Shown here: in pieces, positions 18,268 through 27,421 of the stretch | How positions within the stretch are numbered: position 1 is the first letter of the stretch | Layout of the letters: every line of letters begins with the position of its first letter | NCBI GenBank assembly: GCA_016182385.1 | Contig: JACPGV010000002.1 | Location: 189,190 to 253,189, forward strand | DNA from: Candidatus Moraniibacteriota bacterium | GTDB lineage: Bacteria; Patescibacteriota; Minisyncoccia; Moranbacterales; UBA1568 | DNA: 64,000 nt | Reading direction: 5' to 3' | Position numbers and translations under genes: made by a program | Notes under the pieces: model-generated | What the model was told of the DNA's origin: nothing | The model's input: only the letters and a program-made list of their open reading frames with translations | Database searches by the model: none

Positions 18268-19326
18268 TTGTGGCCTTCGTATTTCCGAGCGAAGCTCGGG
18301 GGGGGGGGTGAAAACAGGTGCAGTCATATCTACCATGATATCATTTCTGTGGATAACTTGCTCTCGGCCTGGCGCGAGTTTCTCAAAGATAAACGCCGTC
18401 GTAAGGATATTGAACGGTTTGCGCTTCACCTGACCGATAATGTCCTTTCGCTTCACAAGGATCTTACCGACAAAACCTATAAGCATGGCTCGTATCGAGC
18501 TTTTCGGATTAACGACCCGAAGCCACGAGATATTCATAAGGCATCGGTTCGAGACCGACTTCTGCACCATGCGATCTATCGGGTCTTGTATCCCTACTTC
18601 GATCCCAAGTTTATTTTCGACTCCTATTCCTGCCGCCGTGCTAAAGGCACACACCGGGCTATCAATCGCTTTCGGGACTATGCTCGCAAGGTTTCACAAA
18701 ATCATACACGCACCGCTTGGGTTCTCAAGTGTGACATTAGGAAGTTTTTTGCTAACATCGATCACAAAATTCTGGAAGATATCCTGAGGCACCGCATCGG
18801 AGATGGAGAGGTAGTATCGCTTCTGGGCGAAGTAGTAGGAAGCTTTCATACGAAAGACAATCCCGCTGTCGGGCTGCCCCTTGGCAACCTTACGAGCCAG
18901 CTTCTGGTGAACATCTATATGAATGAGTTCGATCACTTTGTGAAGCGGGAATTGAAAGCCGCCTACTACATTAGGTATGCAGATGACTTCGTAATCTTGC
19001 ATGAAGACAAGGAGTATTTGGAAAAGCTTTTGCCCAAGATAGCAGCGTATCTGGCAGCCCGGCTTAGGCTGTCGCTCCACCCGAACAAGGTATTCATAAA
19101 GACGATTGCCTCGGGCGTTGATTTCTTAGGCTGGGTGCATTTTCCGTATCATCGGGTACCAAGAACCTCCACCAAAAAAAGAATGTTCAGAAACCTCAAT
19201 CAGAAGCAGACGGAAGCCACCGTGGCCTCATATCTCGGCCTCCTGAGCCATGGGAACACCTATGGCCTAGCTGAGAAGGTAAAGAGAAGTCTTCCCGAAA
19301 ATTCGAGCGAAAAGGCTACCTTTTGA
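18268..19326 (+). CDS. DGR reverse transcriptase (start uncertain)
   Basis: KPRDIH, RDRLLHHA, KCDIRKFF, GLPLGNLTSQ, YIRYADDF and DFLG motifs. Confidence 0.96.
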   Translation: MWPSYFRAKLGGGGENRCSHIYHDIISVDNLLSAWREFLKDKRRRKDIERFALHLTDNVLSLHKDLTDKTYKHGSYRAFRINDPKPRDIHKASVRDRLLHHAIYRVLYPYFDPKFIFDSYSCRRAKGTHRAINRFRDYARKVSQNHTRTAWVLKCDIRKFFANIDHKILEDILRHRIGDGEVVSLLGEVVGSFHTKDNPAVGLPLGNLTSQLLVNIYMNEFDHFVKRELKAAYYIRYADDFVILHEDKEYLEKLLPKIAAYLAARLRLSLHPNKVFIKTIASGVDFLGWVHFPYHRVPRTSTKKRMFRNLNQKQTEATVASYLGLLSHGNTYGLAEKVKRSLPENSSEKATF

Positions 19327-19627
19327 GACAGTCCCAAAAACGCCCATAACCGTCCCATTAGTCTCATTTGCCAAAAAGCCAAGCCTAGACTCAGGTACCT
19401 CAGTAAAACCCGAGAAACCATGCTAAAATATCCCTTAATAGCCCTATCCCTGGGTACTTAACTCAGGTGGCCCGCCAAAATTGGAAATCGGAATCAGAAG
19501 TCGAGATGATTTTTACTTAGATATTAAAATAACGCACCAATGATATTGGCGCGTTTTCAAATTCATCGAGAAAATCTATTGCGAGCTAAGACAACAAGTT
19601 TCTGACAGAAGCGTTGGGCATCATGCT

Positions 19628-19936
19628 TTAGTTGCCCGTAAAAAACAATATTGAAACAATAAGCAATACTATCCCTGTGGGAGGCAGAATCGTGCATATC
19701 AGCGCTACACGGTTCTTTGTTGGCGAATCTTCACCCCGCGACGCCCACGTCATTCCAAGCAAAGAAATCAGGGATGCCGTGAAGAGCCCGACGAGCGAAA
19801 TAAATGGTGGATTGACCAGTGATCTGCTACCAGAAAACGCGTCATGTAGCCCGACAAGAGTGAGAATGAGAAATCCGGATATTACTGTTATGATTCCCCA
19901 GAGTATCGCAAACAGCACGCGTTTATTTTTTGACAT
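19628..19936 (-). CDS. Small three-TM hypothetical membrane protein
   Basis: 102-aa ORF with three hydrophobic segments. Confidence 0.6.
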   Translation of the reverse strand: MSKNKRVLFAILWGIITVISGFLILTLVGLHDAFSGSRSLVNPPFISLVGLFTASLISLLGMTWASRGEDSPTKNRVALICTILPPTGIVLLIVSILFFTGN

Positions 19937-20150
19937 ATTGTTAATAATGAAGATTTTTCATATATAACAAAAGCATATCAATTAAGAGAATAAGAAACAA
20001 GTTATGAAAACTTGTTTGAAAAAGCTATCAATTCGAGAAAAATGATTCTATCGGATAAGGAGACGATATCTATGGTATTTTTTTTATTTTGTAGTAGAGT
20101 AGAGACAAAGGAAAAATGGAAATCCTTGGTTTAATTGTAATAAAATTAAA

Positions 20151-21542
20151 ATGAACGGATTTTTAAAGTACGGAATCGTTTCTCTCGTTTTTATCTTTGG
20201 AATCTCGTTTTCTTTTTTGACAATATCTTTCGTTTCGGCCGCGAATGGCCCGGTCAAGCGCGTGCTTCTTATCAATTCTTATGATCAGAGCTACAAATGG
20301 ACCGCGCAGATAACGCAGTCGGTAAAGGAAAAACTCGACGTAAGCGGTATCGCGTATGATCTCCAAGTGGAGAATATGGACACCAAACGGGTGAATGACG
20401 AGACATCGCGACAGCTCCTTTTCGAACAATTCAAGTACAAGTTCGGAAAATTCAAATACGATATCGTGCTCACTTCGGATGACGACGCGTTCAATTTCAC
20501 GCTGAAACATCGGGGAGAGCTTTTTCCGGATACCCCGGTGGTTTTTTGCGGGACGAATTTTATACAGAATCGTTTGGATATAATCAAAGATCAGAAACTC
20601 ATAAGCGGTATCAATGAGGACAGTGATATCGAAGCGAGTGTCGATATCGCCCTCAAGCTCCAATCGGGCGTCAGAAATATCTTTTTCATTCGCGACAGTA
20701 CCACGACGGGAAAGATTGTCGGTGACTATATAGACAAGCTCATACCGAAATATGAGAAAGATTACGCGGTTACCGTGTACGATGGGAGCTTGTCCGGTGA
20801 TGAGATTTTAAATGCCGTGAGGCAGATGCCGGAAAACAGCCTGATTTATGTGACGATTTTCAATGCTTCGGATAAGACGGGGAGATATTATGGTTATAGC
20901 GAGCTTTTGAAAGAAATTCGTGCCGAGACGGATGTTCCGATCTATGGAACATGGGATTTCAACTTGGGAGATGGCATCGTCGGCGGAAAACTGACGTCGA
21001 GCAAGGCTCAGGGCGGGGCGATGGCAGATATTGCTGTGCGGGTGCTGAATGGAGAGAATATAGAGAATATCCCGATCGTATTGCAAAGCCCGAACGTTTA
21101 CGCTTTCGATTATCGGGAATTGATCGCTCATAAGAGTGATAGAGCGAATATTCCGCCCGGGAGTGTCATCATAAATCAGCCGGAAAGTTTTTACGCGAAA
21201 TATCGCGAATACGTGTGGGTTGGCGTGGCGGTATTTATCCTTCTCATCGCGTTGGTTGTGGCACTTTTCGTTCGGAACAGGTTTCACGCGCTCAAACTTG
21301 CCCAATCGGTTATTGATCAGGAACAGTTGGAGAAAGTCGTGTCCGAGAGGACGGCCGCATTGCAGACCGCGAACAAGGCTATGCAGGTGGAGATGGAACA
21401 CAGAAAAAGAATTGAAAAAGAGTTGCTTTCGAAAAATGAGGAATTGGAGTCATTCAATACGATAGCGGTCAATCGAGAATTGGAAATGATAAAACTGAAG
21501 AAAAAAGTGCAAGAGTTGGAAAATCAAATCACGAAACCTTGA
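20151..21542 (+). CDS. Membrane-anchored ABC substrate-binding-type sensor domain protein with short cytoplasmic coiled coil
   Basis: N-terminal TM, VLLINSY, DDDAFNF, PVVFCG and GIVGGK motifs, second TM, ERTAAL...RELEMIKLK tail; no kinase or GGDEF domain. Confidence 0.75.
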   Translation: MNGFLKYGIVSLVFIFGISFSFLTISFVSAANGPVKRVLLINSYDQSYKWTAQITQSVKEKLDVSGIAYDLQVENMDTKRVNDETSRQLLFEQFKYKFGKFKYDIVLTSDDDAFNFTLKHRGELFPDTPVVFCGTNFIQNRLDIIKDQKLISGINEDSDIEASVDIALKLQSGVRNIFFIRDSTTTGKIVGDYIDKLIPKYEKDYAVTVYDGSLSGDEILNAVRQMPENSLIYVTIFNASDKTGRYYGYSELLKEIRAETDVPIYGTWDFNLGDGIVGGKLTSSKAQGGAMADIAVRVLNGENIENIPIVLQSPNVYAFDYRELIAHKSDRANIPPGSVIINQPESFYAKYREYVWVGVAVFILLIALVVALFVRNRFHALKLAQSVIDQEQLEKVVSERTAALQTANKAMQVEMEHRKRIEKELLSKNEELESFNTIAVNRELEMIKLKKKVQELENQITKP

Positions 21543-21572
21543 TTGTGTTTATAAAAAATCGTGAGTAATTTT

Positions 21573-22325
21573 TTATCTCGCGATGACGATGCCGAAGACT
21601 TTGGTGGCGCCGGCACGCTTCAGAATCGTGGCGCATTCCGTGAGAGTAGCTCCAGTGGTAGCGACGTCGTCGATAAGCCAGATATATTTCCCCAAAAGCT
21701 CGTTGCGTCGGGAGTCGTTTATTATGAAGGCGTTTTTAAGATTTTTGAGCCGTTCTTCACGGGAATCGGTTTTTATTTGTGGCTTGGTGTAGTTGATACG
21801 AAGAAGAGCATCGGAAAGAACGGGGAGATGAAGATGTGGAGCAACATGCTGCGCGAGAGCATTTGCAAGAAGCTCGGACTGATTGAATCCACGAAAACGA
21901 AGGCGACGCTTGTGAAGTGGTACGGGAATGACATAATCGGGAAGAGGAAGATCTGTTTTGATCATTTGTTGCGCGAGCCAGAAACCGAGCGGCTCGGCGA
22001 GGAGCGAGATGAAGCGGTATTTATAGGTATGGATAAGTAGCGAGACAAATGGAGAACGATAGAGAGCTGGAGCAAACAATCCATCAAGCGCGGGGGCAAT
22101 ATCACAACAGGCAAAACAGAGCTCGCCATGAGGCGTGGTTGTTTTGTGGCAATGGGGGCAACGTTGTTTGGTGTGAAGAGGGAGTTTTTCGGCGCAGAGA
22201 GAACAAAGGTAGGTATCGGGAGTGCCGCATCCGAAACAAGAGAGAGGAAAAAGAGTATCAAGGAAAAAGGTACTGAGTGTTTCAAGAAATGGAAATCGAC
22301 GAAAAAGTATTTTTGTCAGAGACAC
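21573..22325 (-). CDS. comF: ComF family protein (zinc ribbon plus PRTase domain)
   Basis: CxxC pairs, PVPLH, RGFNQS, LIDDVATTGAT. Confidence 0.93.
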   Translation of the reverse strand: MSLTKILFRRFPFLETLSTFFLDTLFPLSCFGCGTPDTYLCSLCAEKLPLHTKQRCPHCHKTTTPHGELCFACCDIAPALDGLFAPALYRSPFVSLLIHTYKYRFISLLAEPLGFWLAQQMIKTDLPLPDYVIPVPLHKRRLRFRGFNQSELLANALAQHVAPHLHLPVLSDALLRINYTKPQIKTDSREERLKNLKNAFIINDSRRNELLGKYIWLIDDVATTGATLTECATILKRAGATKVFGIVIAR

Positions 22326-24796
22326 AAGAGAGAATTATTTTTAAGAGAAAGTCGCAGGGATTTTTTTTCTGGTGAGTCGAGAAGTTTTTCGGCGATGCTT
22401 TTTTCCACGAGAGTTTGGATGTTTTTTCGTACGAGACGAGCCCCTTGCTCCGGAGTGAAACTTTTTTGCGCGATGAAACGAATGAGAGAAAGCGGATATT
22501 TAAGAGAATATCCTTGGGTTTTCAGTCGGTCGGCAAGGCGAGTGAGTTCAAGTTGGACAATTTTTTCGATAGCTTTTTCATCGAGAGCATCAAAAACAAT
22601 GGTATGGTCGAGTCGTGCAAGAAGTTCGGGGCGTAATTCCTTTTTTAATTCTTGGAGAACACCATGTTTGACGGTCGCGAAACGCGCGCGGAGATCATTT
22701 TCGTTTAAGTGTTTATCGAATCCGATATGAGCCGCTCCCGTGAAGGCAGTCGTGCCGATATTTGAGGTAAGGATAATAAGCGTGTTGCGAAAATTCACTT
22801 TATATCCCTCGGCATCAGTAAGCGTGCCGTCATCGAGGATTTGAAGGAGGATATTGAAAATATCGGGGTGTGCTTTTTCAATTTCATCAAAAAGAATGAC
22901 GGAATAGGGTCGTCGTCGCACGGATTCTGTTAGTTTGCCACCTTCGCCATAGCCGATGTAGCCTGCTGGCGCGCCAAGAATTTGGGCAACGCTGTGACGC
23001 TCCATAAATTCACTCATATCAAGACGAATAAGAGCATCTTTGTCGCCAAAGAATTCTTCCGCGATAATTTTGGCCGCAAGTGTCTTGCCGACGCCGGTTG
23101 GTCCGAGGAAAAGAAATGAGCCAAGTGGTCGGTTGGGATCGTTTATATTGCTCAGCGAGCGAGCGAGCGTTTGCTCGAGCGTTTGGGCAACTTCTTTTTG
23201 TCCGATGAAGAGGCGGTCAAGGGCCTGCCTGAGACGCATGAGCTTTTCGCGAGGTTGTTCTTTAGAGAGCTTGGCAAACGGAACGCGCGCCATGTGTGAG
23301 ACAGTTTTGAGAATATGTTCCGGCGTGACCGCGAGACGTTTTTCTTCGGATGTGATTGTTTGACGAGTTTTGAGGTCGGCTATTTTTTCTAAGAGAATTT
23401 TTTCCTGTTGATGGTATTTGGCGGCGTCGTCGTAACGCTCATTTTTGATAAGAGACTCTTTGTGTTCGTGAGTGGAGCGATACTCTTCTTCAAGATGAAT
23501 GAGTTTTTTTGATGTTTCGGAAATCAAGTGCCCTTGTTTGGCGAGTGCTGAAGCTTCATCGATGATATCGAGCGCCTTATCGGGAAGAAAACGATCCGGG
23601 ATATAGCGTACGGAAAGATCCACGGCCATATCAAGAACATCTTTGGAAAGAGTGATGCGATGAAAATCCTCATAGCTTTTTTTGATGTGTTCGAGAACTT
23701 CTTTGGCTTCCTCAATGCTTGGTTCGGTGATGATGACTGATTGAAAACGTCGCTCGAGAGCGGAATCTTTTTCGATATGGCGTTTGTATTCAGAAAGGGT
23801 TGTCGCGCCTACGCACTGTATTTCACCGCGAGAAAGAGCGGGTTTTAAGATATTGGCTGCATCAAGTCCGCCACTTGTGTTGCCGGCACCGACGATAGTA
23901 TGGATCTCGTCAATAAAAAGGATAACATTTTTGTCACGAATGGCTTCATGAATAATTTCTTTGAGACGTGTTTCGAATTCGCCGCGGAAATTTGTGCCGG
24001 CGACAACGAGGGCAAGATCAAGCGAAAGGACGCGTTTATGGAGAAGAGTGTGTGGAGCGGTGCCGTTCGTGATTGACTTGGCCAAAGCGGCGATAAGGGC
24101 GGTTTTTCCGACACCCGGTTCGCCGATAAGGAGAGGGTTATTTTTTTGTTTCCGCGTGAGTATTTGAATGATGCGATCGAGCTCTTTTTCTCTCCCGATG
24201 AGCATATCGTCTCGATAAGCCTCTGAACGAGCGATGTCGATAGTGTATTGATCAAGGAAGGGGGTGTTGTTTGAGGAGGTCGGCTTATGTTTTGTAAGAA
24301 AGTTTTCCGGTAAATCGAGCATTTTTGACAGTTGGGAAAAATTATCAAAATTGAGATGAGATTCGAGGGTTGATTGTATCTTTTTTTCGTCAATTTTGAG
24401 AGTGTGAAAAATGTCTTCAAGAGTAATCGCTTGTGATTCAAAGAGAGCGTAGAGGAGGTGTTCAGTGCCAACATAGGGGTAATGAAATCGGTTGGCGAGA
24501 AAGAAGGCTCGTCGCAAGATATTTTTTAAAGTATCAGAAAGGGGAATGGTGTGAGAGAGGGGAAGTGCTTTCCCTTTTGTTTTTTTCTTGAGACAAGATT
24601 TGGCGAGCGTTTCCCTTTCAAAACCGATATTTTCCAAGAGAATACTTCCCAAGCTGGATTCTTCGAGAAAAATGGCCATGAGTAAGTGTTCGGGTTCGAT
24701 GTGCTGATGGCGAGTATATCGAGCCATATCTCGCGCCTCTTTGAGGCTGTGACGAGCGTGAAGGGAAAGTTTTTTGCTGAATTCGGTTTCTAACAT
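22316..24796 (-). CDS. clpC: ATP-dependent Clp protease ATP-binding subunit
   Basis: Clp N-domain; GEPGVGKT and GPTGVGKT Walker A motifs; DRFLPDKA; UVR-like linker. Confidence 0.93.
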   Translation of the reverse strand: MLETEFSKKLSLHARHSLKEARDMARYTRHQHIEPEHLLMAIFLEESSLGSILLENIGFERETLAKSCLKKKTKGKALPLSHTIPLSDTLKNILRRAFFLANRFHYPYVGTEHLLYALFESQAITLEDIFHTLKIDEKKIQSTLESHLNFDNFSQLSKMLDLPENFLTKHKPTSSNNTPFLDQYTIDIARSEAYRDDMLIGREKELDRIIQILTRKQKNNPLLIGEPGVGKTALIAALAKSITNGTAPHTLLHKRVLSLDLALVVAGTNFRGEFETRLKEIIHEAIRDKNVILFIDEIHTIVGAGNTSGGLDAANILKPALSRGEIQCVGATTLSEYKRHIEKDSALERRFQSVIITEPSIEEAKEVLEHIKKSYEDFHRITLSKDVLDMAVDLSVRYIPDRFLPDKALDIIDEASALAKQGHLISETSKKLIHLEEEYRSTHEHKESLIKNERYDDAAKYHQQEKILLEKIADLKTRQTITSEEKRLAVTPEHILKTVSHMARVPFAKLSKEQPREKLMRLRQALDRLFIGQKEVAQTLEQTLARSLSNINDPNRPLGSFLFLGPTGVGKTLAAKIIAEEFFGDKDALIRLDMSEFMERHSVAQILGAPAGYIGYGEGGKLTESVRRRPYSVILFDEIEKAHPDIFNILLQILDDGTLTDAEGYKVNFRNTLIILTSNIGTTAFTGAAHIGFDKHLNENDLRARFATVKHGVLQELKKELRPELLARLDHTIVFDALDEKAIEKIVQLELTRLADRLKTQGYSLKYPLSLIRFIAQKSFTPEQGARLVRKNIQTLVEKSIAEKLLDSPEKKSLRLSLKNNSLLCL

Positions 24797-24965
24797 AGAA
24801 AGAAAAAGTATACTAATAGAGTACCATATATCTTATTTTTTCTTTGGTGGTATGTCAACCCCGAACAATGTTTTTTAAGAGTGTTTTTTTAGGTTATATT
24901 TCTTTGTTTTTTTTCTGTGATGTGATAAAATATCATTGAAATGAGACAAAGACAAAAGTGAACAT

Positions 24966-26093
24966 ATGTTTGGTTTTGGAAAATCGTATTTTCTTGGTGT
25001 TGATTTTGGTACGGCTTCTATCAAGGCGGTAGAGTTGAGCGTGAAGGGGAATCGTCCGGTTTTGGAGAATTATGCTTACGTGAGTTTGGCTGACCTTGAA
25101 AAAGGTATTCCTTCGCAAAGTCGTTCGTATGACGAAGAAATCGTTCTTCACTTGAAGGCGCTTCTTGAGCAGATGAGACCAAAAAGTAAAACGGCTCGGG
25201 TGGCAATGCCTGCTTTTAGCGGACTGGTTTCTTTGGCGGAGTTTCCTCTCATGGATGAGGCGGAACTGCAGGAGGCGGTGCGTTTTGAGGCACATAAGTA
25301 TATTCCTTCCCCTCTTGATGAAGTGGCACTCAGTTGGGAAGTGGTCGGCACTCATGATGGTGGAAATGGAGAGAAAAAAATGGAAGTGCTTTTGGTTGCC
25401 GCCCTTAACAAGGAAGTGGTTCGGTATGAGGGATTTGTTCGTGCTGTTGATTTGAAACTTGATTTTTTGGAATTGGAGACATTTTCCATCGCACGTTCGA
25501 TTATTGGCAATACTTTCGGCTTATCGCTTCTTATTGATATCGGATCACGGGCAACCAACTTGGTGTTGATAGAAAATGGATTGGTGAAAGTCAGTCGTAA
25601 TTTGGATGTTGGCGGAAGAGACGTCACTCGTGTTTTGGCTGAAGGATTAAATATTACTCTCGAACGCGCCAAGATGATAAAAAAAGGAACAAAGGATTAT
25701 CTCAACGATAGAGAGTCATCGCTTGTCTTTCCATCTTTGCAGAGAATAGCGAGTGAGGCGGAGCGTATATTGACTACTTATCAAACAAAACATTCTGGTG
25801 TACAATGTAATCAAGTGGTACTCTCGGGTGGAACGGCGCATTTTGTTGGTTTGCTTGAGTATTATGAAAAGATATTGAAACTTCCTGTTGTGCTTGCGGC
25901 GCCGTGGAAAAATATCGAATATGATCCGAAGCTGGAAAAGAAAATACAGTCATTTGACACATCATTTTCTGTCGCCTTGGGATTGGCATTGAGTGGGGCG
26001 GAGAGTGTTTTGAAAAAAGAGAAAAACGAAGCAGTCGTAGCCGTGTCCGAGAAAGAAAATTCTTCTTTCAAAGGATTTTTTTCAAAAAAATAA
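24966..26093 (+). CDS. pilM: Type IV pilus assembly protein PilM
   Basis: GVDFGTASIKAVEL, FEAHKYIP, IDIG and LSGG actin-like motifs. Confidence 0.92.
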   Translation: MFGFGKSYFLGVDFGTASIKAVELSVKGNRPVLENYAYVSLADLEKGIPSQSRSYDEEIVLHLKALLEQMRPKSKTARVAMPAFSGLVSLAEFPLMDEAELQEAVRFEAHKYIPSPLDEVALSWEVVGTHDGGNGEKKMEVLLVAALNKEVVRYEGFVRAVDLKLDFLELETFSIARSIIGNTFGLSLLIDIGSRATNLVLIENGLVKVSRNLDVGGRDVTRVLAEGLNITLERAKMIKKGTKDYLNDRESSLVFPSLQRIASEAERILTTYQTKHSGVQCNQVVLSGGTAHFVGLLEYYEKILKLPVVLAAPWKNIEYDPKLEKKIQSFDTSFSVALGLALSGAESVLKKEKNEAVVAVSEKENSSFKGFFSKK

Positions 26094-26111
26094 ATAATAA
26101 AATAAAAAACA

Positions 26112-26642
26112 ATGGCTGGGATCAATCTTTCTTCATCATCAGTCGGAGAAAAAAAAGTCAAACCTGTCGGTTCCTCGAATGGTTTTCTTGTTGGCGCGAT
26201 AATTCTTTTGGTGCTTCTTTTGGGTGGATGGGGGGGCACTTATGGGTATAAAAAAACCTTAGAAAAAAAACTGGCAACGTATGATGAGATTCTTGAGAAA
26301 AATAGTGTTTTTTTGCGTGGCGAAAAGGTAAATCGAGTAGCTGACTTCGATGCTCGTTTACGTTTGATGGGGGAACAAGCGCAGAAAGGAGAGCTTGTTG
26401 ATAGCCGTACTCTTCTCACGGCGCTTGAGGGACTCATTCTTCAGGAGGTTACATTGAGCAAGTACGAGTACAAGAGAGAAAACAAGTCGGTCACTCTGGA
26501 AGGAAAAACCGATAGTTTCAAGCAGGTAGCACGGCAAATCATTTCTTTGAAAACGGACGCGATGTTTTCCGAAGTGCGTGTATTGTCGCTCGGGTATGAT
26601 GATAACGGAAAAGTTATTTTTACCTTTCAAGCCAAATTTTAA
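26112..26642 (+). CDS. pilN: PilN-like protein
   Basis: INL motif at the N-terminus, single TM, follows pilM. Confidence 0.7.
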   Translation: MAGINLSSSSVGEKKVKPVGSSNGFLVGAIILLVLLLGGWGGTYGYKKTLEKKLATYDEILEKNSVFLRGEKVNRVADFDARLRLMGEQAQKGELVDSRTLLTALEGLILQEVTLSKYEYKRENKSVTLEGKTDSFKQVARQIISLKTDAMFSEVRVLSLGYDDNGKVIFTFQAKF

Positions 26643-26658
26643 TTTTCTCAATATTATT

Positions 26659-27393
26659 ATGGGATTGAAAATACTTATTGTTCCTCTCCTTCTTGTTGTT
26701 ACGCTTTTCTTGGCTATTGTGAATGTGAAGCCGCTTGTGGAGGAGGTTTTCACAAAAAAAAGTGAAATCAAATTAAAGGAGGCACAGGTAACCAACATCG
26801 ATACTATTGTTTCTAATGTGGAAAAACTTGTTGACGTTCTTGATACGGAGCGTTCTACCGAGGATTTTTCTTATCGATACTTGCCGAAAAGTATCGACCA
26901 AGATCGAACGATTGATTCCTTTAATTATTTGGCTTCTCAATCCGGTCTTTTTATTTCCGCTATGGAACTTAAGGAGGTGCCGGAAGTTGTTCGTGAAGAG
27001 GTGTCGGTGGCTGGTAATGCTAATATTCCCAAGGGAGAAAAAGCCGCCTCAGTTAAAGCGTTTGTTTTTAAAGGGAGTGTTATTGGATCGTATGATAGCA
27101 TCAAGAGCTTTTATGATCGTTTGTCTCATACGGAGCGCTTCCAGAGACTACACTTTTTTTCTTTGGAAAGTAATGAGTCGGCGGAAAAACTTGGTCAAGG
27201 AAGCCTCGAAGGGATATTTGAAGTGGAATATGGGTATTTGCCAGCTCAGTCGGTTCTTTCCGCTCTCAATCTTCCAGTTTTTTCTCGATCAACGATTGAT
27301 CTTTTATCTTCGGAGAATATGATGAAGTGGATGACAAGCGCCGTGCCGCCACTGGAAAGAGGAGTGACGGGGAAACCAAGCCCTTTCCAATGA
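26659..27393 (+). CDS. PilO-like protein
   Basis: N-terminal TM, coiled coil, YLP and GSY motifs; operon position. Confidence 0.65.
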   Translation: MGLKILIVPLLLVVTLFLAIVNVKPLVEEVFTKKSEIKLKEAQVTNIDTIVSNVEKLVDVLDTERSTEDFSYRYLPKSIDQDRTIDSFNYLASQSGLFISAMELKEVPEVVREEVSVAGNANIPKGEKAASVKAFVFKGSVIGSYDSIKSFYDRLSHTERFQRLHFFSLESNESAEKLGQGSLEGIFEVEYGYLPAQSVLSALNLPVFSRSTIDLLSSENMMKWMTSAVPPLERGVTGKPSPFQ

Positions 27394-27421
27394 GATTTTT
27401 GGTGATGAAGGTATTTTTTCT

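Larger units (their letters stand above)
15112..19508. mobile_element. tRNA-Ser-associated integrated element carrying a DGR
   Basis: 37-bp direct repeat 15112..15148 / 19472..19508 (4 mismatches) starting with the tRNA terminal CCGCCA; recombinase remnant inside. Confidence 0.8.

Noticed and set aside
18268-19326. RT as a group II intron, retron or CRISPR-associated RT
   Set aside because: No maturase/endonuclease extension or cas genes are present; the TR/VR pair and Avd identify it as a DGR RT.
8424-19508. Prophage
   Set aside because: No recognisable capsid, terminase, portal or tail genes.
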